Positions 57,386 through 62,337 of a DNA stretch of 64,000 nt are shown here, in pieces (within the stretch, counting starts at the first letter, position 1; each line of letters begins with the position of its first letter). The DNA comes from a virus, in the IMG/VR virus record IMGVR_UViG_3300032117_000009, positions 1-64,000 of that record. One strand, 5' to 3'. A model generated the notes under the pieces. That model searched no databases, was not told the DNA's origin, and saw only the letters and a list, made by a program, of their open reading frames with translations. The position numbers were made by a program, and so were the translations under genes.

Positions 57386-58819
57386 TTACGAATTTCTGTA
57401 ATTACGAGACTTACGCTTGCAATCTTCTACAGATGTACAAGGTGTGTCTCCATGCTGACGGTGCCAATCTTCGTGAAGATCATCGTGGAGTTGTGTTTCT
57501 GCTTCTGGCTCACCATTTTCACGCATATTATCCATATTGTCATAACGTGAAGCTTTAGCAGCACAATCTTCTTCTGATGTGCAAGGTGAGTCACCATACA
57601 TAGCATGCCAATCATCGTGGCCTTGATCATGGCGCATTACATCGCTCATATTATGATTGTAAGCTGGGCAACCAATTGAACCGTAATGGTCACCATATGG
57701 GTCTAGTTCTCCACCACATTGTCCACAAGAACCACATGCTCCACAGCCAGCACCATCACAATTAGGGCAATAATCACCATCAGCCATGTGAGCAGTGACC
57801 CAAGTAGAACCATGCTTGCTTTGCATCATAGCACGAAAAGATGCCTCAGCTTTTTCTTTTGAATCATGGTGAGAAAGGACTTTTCCTGTTCCCTTTTGAA
57901 GAATAACCCAGGAATCGCCACGCTTCTCAATGTACTTGTTAGCTGTACGTGAAGATGTGTGCCCCTGCTCGTCTTCCATAGGAGTATGAAATGACCCATC
58001 TGGGCATTGGCCATCTTTTTGACCAAAAATTACACCGCTCTCCCAGTACTTATCGTATGGGTTCCAGTCAATTCTTTGATTACAATTTTTGCAAGAAGAC
58101 CGTTCACCACCGTGGTAACCACCATAATCCCATTCAGATGCTAATTTGCGTGAAGCATCACGTTCCCAATCAAATGGTCGCTTACCTTTTTGAACATCCT
58201 TATGGTCTTCTTCCTTCCAATCATAAGGATTACTTTCTGGTCTTATGTTTTCAACATGACCTTTACCAAACGATGAACCATCTTCATCATTTGAATAATC
58301 ATCGTAATTTTTATTTTTATTTTTTCTGTCAATTAATTTTTGTATGCCATAAGAAGTAGCAGCCATTCCTCCTGCGATAAGATCACCAAGTGGGGTAAGA
58401 TACATTTCAGAAGATTCATGGCGAGAAGCATTCTTGCTTCTGCAAGCTTTGCAAAGTGGTGAATCTGAGTCTAGCTCACCATCAGCGCACTTTTCACAAG
58501 TTGACTTTGCAAACTTACGATTCTTGCCACAATTACAATCCTCGCACTTAGCATGACGAAGTGACCATTCAGTGTGAAGGGCTTTTACAAGCTTTGTCTT
58601 TGAATCTGATACATTGGCAAGGCGTGAAAAAGCAATTTTAGAAATCTGATCATCTACCATCTCACAACGTTGGGCAAATTCACCATCTGTGTGAGCGTTG
58701 AAAAGGAAATCACCAGTAACCTGGAGGGCATCATACTTAGCAGCGATAAGTGACTTACCTGCTGTCTTAGCCTGGAAAACGATCTCTTGTGAATCATCAA
58801 AATCGAACATGGAAGACAT
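57386..58819 (-). CDS. multi-module Cys/His-rich protein (477 aa)
   Basis: AAGGAG SD; helical N-domain then several small Zn-type modules and a His/Cys tandem repeat. Confidence 0.75.
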   Translation of the reverse strand: MSSMFDFDDSQEIVFQAKTAGKSLIAAKYDALQVTGDFLFNAHTDGEFAQRCEMVDDQISKIAFSRLANVSDSKTKLVKALHTEWSLRHAKCEDCNCGKNRKFAKSTCEKCADGELDSDSPLCKACRSKNASRHESSEMYLTPLGDLIAGGMAATSYGIQKLIDRKNKNKNYDDYSNDEDGSSFGKGHVENIRPESNPYDWKEEDHKDVQKGKRPFDWERDASRKLASEWDYGGYHGGERSSCKNCNQRIDWNPYDKYWESGVIFGQKDGQCPDGSFHTPMEDEQGHTSSRTANKYIEKRGDSWVILQKGTGKVLSHHDSKEKAEASFRAMMQSKHGSTWVTAHMADGDYCPNCDGAGCGACGSCGQCGGELDPYGDHYGSIGCPAYNHNMSDVMRHDQGHDDWHAMYGDSPCTSEEDCAAKASRYDNMDNMRENGEPEAETQLHDDLHEDWHRQHGDTPCTSVEDCKRKSRNYRNS

Positions 58820-58869
58820 TTTATCTCCTTAGGTTAGGTGTAATCTGCCATTGAAGGCGCTGGGCATAG

Positions 58870-58919
58870 AAACAGAAAAATGCTTCTAGTTTCATCAACT
58901 AAGACGATTCTAGAAGCAT
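58870..58919 (-). terminator. intrinsic terminator ending the right tRNA cluster transcript
   Basis: ATGCTTCTAG/CTAGAAGCAT stem with inner TCGTC/GATGA pairing, followed by TTTTCTGTTTC. Confidence 0.65.
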
Positions 58920-58938
58920 AATAAATACATTGTTGGCC

Positions 58939-59367
58939 TTAAAAGTTAAACCCATGCTCTCTGAGCTTTTGTCTTGCGTAAGGAACAACCATTTTCCCCA
59001 TGTTTTTTGTACTATAGTCGCCTTGTTTTTCATCAGAATTATATTTTTCTAATTCATGAACATCAGAAGGGTAATAATCAAATTCTGGGTCTGGATCTTC
59101 TTCTTCAAAACCTTCCAAATATTTTAAAAATTTTTGGTAATAATTACGTATATTTTCACTATCTTGAGGCCCATCAACATCAAAATGTCTTACACCGTCA
59201 TACCATTTTTCATTAGGGATTTCACAAGTCCAATGCTGAGCATCATCAAAATTACTTGAAGCAAATTTAACTATTGGCCAATTTGTTATATGATGAACTG
59301 CCCATGCAAAAGCATCGCAATGTCCATGCTTATAATTAAGTTCATGTGGTTGTACATTATCACTCAT
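58939..59367 (-). CDS. hypothetical protein with a putative Cys-His-Asp triad
   Basis: YKHGHCDAFAWAVHH...QHW...FDVDG. Confidence 0.65.
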   Translation of the reverse strand: MSDNVQPHELNYKHGHCDAFAWAVHHITNWPIVKFASSNFDDAQHWTCEIPNEKWYDGVRHFDVDGPQDSENIRNYYQKFLKYLEGFEEEDPDPEFDYYPSDVHELEKYNSDEKQGDYSTKNMGKMVVPYARQKLREHGFNF

Positions 59368-59403
59368 ATTACTATGACCAATCTATAAACAAATTACATA
59401 AAG

Positions 59404-59479
59404 TGGAGCGTGTGAGGATCGAACTCACCTAATAAAGAGATATAAGCTCTTCGGATGCTACCAGCTTACCTTACGCTCC
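59404..59479 (-). tRNA. trnI: tRNA-Ile(UAU), atypical
   Basis: Acceptor GGAGCGT/ACGCTCC + A73, anticodon arm AAGAG-CTTATAT-CTCTT, GTGAG-TTCGATC-CTCAC T-arm; A rather than U at position 8. Confidence 0.72.
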
Positions 59480-59494
59480 AAAATTATTATTTTG

Positions 59495-59579
59495 CGGATA
59501 CGGTGTGATTCGAACACACGGTTGCTTTCACAACGCTGGTTTTCAAGACCAGTCCATTAGTCCACTCTGGCACGTATCC
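59495..59579 (-). tRNA. trnS: tRNA-Ser(UGA)
   Basis: Long variable arm, G73, anticodon arm CTGGT-CTTGAAA-ACCAG. Confidence 0.93.
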
Positions 59580-59590
59580 TAAAATTATAG

Positions 59591-59672
59591 TGGAAGCGGT
59601 AGGATTCGAACCTACGAACTCTGAGAGAACAGTTTTACAGACTGCCTGCTTTAGCCACTTGCATACACTTCC
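59591..59672 (-). tRNA. trnY: tRNA-Tyr(GUA)
   Basis: Long variable arm; anticodon arm GCAGT-CTGTAAA-ACTGT. Confidence 0.93.
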
Positions 59673-59673
59673 T

Positions 59674-59749
59674 TGGGGTGACCGATGGGACTTGAACCCA
59701 CAACCGCTCGGGCCACATCCGAGTGCTCTACCAATTGAGCTACGGCCAC
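59674..59749 (-). tRNA. trnH: tRNA-His(GUG), CCA encoded, no genomic G-1
   Basis: Anticodon arm CTCGG-ATGTGGC-CCGAG; C73; the base at -1 is T. Confidence 0.9.
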
Positions 59750-59754
59750 ATTTA

Positions 59755-59811
59755 GATAGGTCCTGATAGCCACTCCAGGTTGATCTACTATATAGATCGG
59801 CATTACCTACC
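59755..59811 (-). ncRNA. 57-nt three-way-junction element between tRNA-Pro and tRNA-His
   Basis: GGTAGGT/ACCTATC closing stem, GATCTA/TAGATC hairpin, CCTGG/TCAGG hairpin. Confidence 0.55.
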
Positions 59812-59815
59812 ATAG

Positions 59816-59888
59816 TCGGGTTGGAGAGACTCGAACTCTCGGCCTCATGCTCCCAAAGCATGCGATCTACCTACTGATCTACAACCCG
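59816..59888 (-). tRNA. trnP: tRNA-Pro(UGG)
   Basis: CGGGTTG/CAACCCG acceptor, GATC/GATC D-stem, CATGC-TTTGGGA-GCATG anticodon arm; 5' end overlaps the endonuclease ORF. Confidence 0.9.
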
Positions 59889-60353
59889 TAAATAATTTTC
59901 TATTTCTAATTTGTTGTTTTCATACCAACCAAGTCTAATATTGCAACCACAACAAAGTAATCCTCTTACATTACCTGTTACATGATCATGATCAATTGCA
60001 AAGTTTCTTCCAGTAGAACATTTATCTGTCTTGCAGATAGAGCATTTGTTGTTCTGATTCTTCATCATATCATGAAAATCATCTATTGTTAAACCAAATA
60101 GTCTAGTTCTTTCTTTAATATTTAAACATGGTCTACAATATGCTGATTTTTTTACTTTATTGTTTTCTTTACAATAAATACATAAATCAGTAAAGTTCTT
60201 TTTTTGTGATCTAATTGGGTTGTTTGTTATAGCTGCACATTGCTGAGAACAAAACAAACCTGTGCCTTTTTTGATCTGGTACTGATATCTTGTGAATGTG
60301 TTGTTGCAATCTTTGCTTTTGCACGTTTCTTGAATTGAAGTAATTTTATTCAT
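59871..60353 (-). CDS. endonuclease VII-like (His-Me) free-standing homing endonuclease
   Basis: QNNKCSIC...AIDHDHVTGNVRGLLCCGCNIRLG; N-terminal Zn fingers; AGGAGG SD. Confidence 0.9.
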   Translation of the reverse strand: MNKITSIQETCKSKDCNNTFTRYQYQIKKGTGLFCSQQCAAITNNPIRSQKKNFTDLCIYCKENNKVKKSAYCRPCLNIKERTRLFGLTIDDFHDMMKNQNNKCSICKTDKCSTGRNFAIDHDHVTGNVRGLLCCGCNIRLGWYENNKLEIENYLRVVDQ

Positions 60354-60401
60354 ACTTATAAACCCTCCTATTACTTTTTTGTTTTCAAGTATGAATTACA
60401 T

Positions 60402-60423
60402 TACCAAGCTGCGCCACAACCCG
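60402..60423 (-). pseudogene. orphan 5' fragment of tRNA-Pro
   Basis: CGGGTTGTGGCGCAGCTTGGTA: acceptor 5' strand identical to the intact tRNA-Pro plus a canonical D-arm start, then breaks off. Confidence 0.75.
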
Positions 60424-60448
60424 TTACTTGATTAACATATCATAAATA

Positions 60449-60637
60449 TTACTCTGTTTCTCCAATATCCCAATCATCATAAGAGCCAAGACGAACCATA
60501 TGAATACAAGGATCATCTCCACGTTCCCAAGCAAGCTCTTCGCTTTCATGCATAGGTCCACCATCATGCGTATTACAAAATTGATCTGTGCAATACCCAT
60601 TATCAATTCCAAATTTCAACCACTCATCAAATGTCAT
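60449..60637 (-). CDS. small hypothetical protein (62 aa)
   Basis: MTFDEWLKFGIDNGYC...CNTHDG...DPCIHMVRL; probable Cys/His metal site. Confidence 0.7.
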   Translation of the reverse strand: MTFDEWLKFGIDNGYCTDQFCNTHDGGPMHESEELAWERGDDPCIHMVRLGSYDDWDIGETE

Positions 60638-60666
60638 ACTTTTATCTTTCCACTATGTTTATAAAG

Positions 60667-60740
60667 CTCCCGAGGTAGGACTCGAACCTACAACATCCTG
60701 ATTAACAGTCAGGCGCAACTGCCAATTGTGCTACTCGGGA
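60667..60740 (-). tRNA. trnN: tRNA-Asn(GUU)
   Basis: Anticodon arm CCTGA-CTGTTAA-TCAGG; G73. Confidence 0.93.
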
Positions 60741-60750
60741 ATGTTTATTG

Positions 60751-61224
60751 TTAATAAGATTTACCTTCAGCATATCTTTTTTTTCGATATGCCCTTCCAT
60801 TACCTCTATTCTTTCCTTTATATGTTTCTAGAAGCATATCACAATTACCGCAGACTAAACGAACATTTTCCCAAGAGTTATTATATGAATTGCCATCTAT
60901 ATGATCAAGAATTAATGGCATTGGTTTTCCTTGCCACTCAGTCCCTTTACATATTGAGCAAGTGTTACCTTCTGTTGCAAGTCTAGTATTCTTTAATATT
61001 CTAGTTCCAGCTTTTTCATCTAATATTTTTTTAATGCCTCTACAAAAACTAGAACATACATTAGAACCTTTATAAGTTTTATTATCACAAATAACACACT
61101 GAGTAATTTTATTTTTATCTAGTTTAACTCTTTTTGGGTGTAAAGAATTGTTTCTTTTTGTAGAATAAGATCTAGAACAAAATTTTGGATTATTTGTTTC
61201 TTTTTTACAATTTAAACATTCCAT
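60751..61224 (-). CDS. HNH homing endonuclease
   Basis: CSICK.TEWQGKPMPLILDHIDGNSYNNSWENVRLVCGNC; N-terminal Zn fingers. Confidence 0.88.
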   Translation of the reverse strand: MECLNCKKETNNPKFCSRSYSTKRNNSLHPKRVKLDKNKITQCVICDNKTYKGSNVCSSFCRGIKKILDEKAGTRILKNTRLATEGNTCSICKGTEWQGKPMPLILDHIDGNSYNNSWENVRLVCGNCDMLLETYKGKNRGNGRAYRKKRYAEGKSY

Positions 61225-61226
61225 AG

Positions 61227-61301
61227 AGCCAGCACTCGGACTCGAACCGAGGAAACCTCCACTTTACAAGAGTGGCGCTCTACCAACTGAGCTATACTGG
61301 C
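61227..61301 (-). tRNA. trnT: tRNA-Thr(UGU)
   Basis: Anticodon arm CCACT-CTTGTAA-AGTGG; variable region about 2 nt longer than usual. Confidence 0.9.
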
Positions 61302-61319
61302 ATTTCTTGCTACAGAGAT

Positions 61320-61347
61320 ACTATAGCATGAAATCTAGGTATTTTAC
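61320..61347 (-). promoter_or_regulatory. sigmaA-type extended -10 promoter for the right tRNA cluster
   Basis: CATGC-TATAGT with GTAAAA 16 nt upstream; about 20 nt before tRNA-Thr. Confidence 0.6.
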
Positions 61348-61497
61348 CTACTTCTCAATAATATTTACCTTAAGTCCACTAACTTGACTCAGAAGAGAGT
61401 TTCGAAGACCATCAATAGTCTCCTTAATCTCCTGTAGAGGAAGTTCATTGCCCTCTTGATTGTCGTAGGTGATCTTAATTGTAACTGTCTTAGGCAT
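61348..61497 (-). CDS. small hypothetical protein (49 aa, MPKTVTIKITY...)
   Basis: GGAGG SD and TAATG coupling to dps; 3' part of track ORF 61348..61551. Confidence 0.6.
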   Translation of the reverse strand: MPKTVTIKITYDNQEGNELPLQEIKETIDGLRNSLLSQVSGLKVNIIEK

Positions 61498-61976
61498 TAT
61501 CCCTCCGTAACGTTTACTTTTCCTAGAGAAGAACCTAGCTGCCATTGCCACTTCTGATGCATGTCAATTCTTTCTGCAACGAAGTTAGCGACACCTTGTT
61601 CATTCTGCTCGTTTGCTTTTGTGAACAATTGTACCAGATCTTCCAGGACAATTTTATTATCTTCGTAAAGATTTTCAGTTAATGTCTTTGCATCAAACTT
61701 ATTAACGTCACGTTCTTTCAATGATGTTAACTCTAAAAACTCTTTGAGGGTAAATGGAGCTAACCCACCAATCTTACGACAGTTCTCAGCCATAGGATCA
61801 AGAGAATCATAAACATCTAAATAAATAGTTTCAAATAATGCGTGATATTCTTGAAAATCTGTACCTACAAGATTCCAATGATAACCATGTGATTGGTGAT
61901 AGAACACAGCAATATTAGCTACATTCTTCTTTAATGCTTTTAATAGCTCTTGATCCTTGGCTGATAAACTGTACAT
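61497..61976 (-). CDS. dps: Dps / DNA-binding ferritin-like protein
   Basis: HGYHWNLVG.DFQEYHALFE...D.MAE.CRKIGG...F..ERIDMHQKWQWQL; ferroxidase His/Asp/Glu residues present. Confidence 0.92.
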   Translation of the reverse strand: MYSLSAKDQELLKALKKNVANIAVFYHQSHGYHWNLVGTDFQEYHALFETIYLDVYDSLDPMAENCRKIGGLAPFTLKEFLELTSLKERDVNKFDAKTLTENLYEDNKIVLEDLVQLFTKANEQNEQGVANFVAERIDMHQKWQWQLGSSLGKVNVTEG

Positions 61977-61981
61977 AGTTA

Positions 61982-62317
61982 TTACCTTAGTTTTGTACCG
62001 GCTGGGATTTGACCGTTAGCCTTAATGATTGTTTTTTGCACAGACTTCATAGCAATGTTATTAATTAAAGCAGTAACAACACCAGCAACCTGGGTAGCTA
62101 CGCCAGCCCAAACTTGAATGTTGTGCGAAACTGAATTAGGTATAACGACACCAGCTGATGTAAGAACACCGATGATAAATAAAGCAACAGCAACGACATA
62201 AGCAATGTCAGCTGGAATATTTGACCAAGTGACTGGCGGAACTGGTGTAGGTACTGTGTTTTCTTTTTTTGGTGCAATTGTTTTTGCAGTGTTTGTTGTC
62301 TTTCTGGCTTCAGCCAT
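61982..62317 (-). CDS. holin-like membrane protein (2 TM helices)
   Basis: Two hydrophobic helices with basic N- and C-termini; AGGAG SD. Confidence 0.5.
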   Translation of the reverse strand: MAEARKTTNTAKTIAPKKENTVPTPVPPVTWSNIPADIAYVVAVALFIIGVLTSAGVVIPNSVSHNIQVWAGVATQVAGVVTALINNIAMKSVQKTIIKANGQIPAGTKLR

Positions 62318-62337
62318 TATTTCTCCTTATTTGTTTG

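Noticed and set aside
59755-59811. tRNA-associated HDV-like (theta) ribozyme
   Set aside because: No nested double-pseudoknot partners (P1.1, P2, P4, catalytic C) follow the closing stem; the next sequence is tRNA-His.
59487-59861. 124-aa minus-strand ORF
   Set aside because: It simply reads through tRNA-Pro, His, Tyr and Ser genes.
59816-60423. Intron-split tRNA-Pro rejoined by splicing
   Set aside because: Joining the orphan 5' fragment to the 3' part would mispair the D-stem (GCGC against GATC), the downstream copy is already complete, and no group I core is visible.
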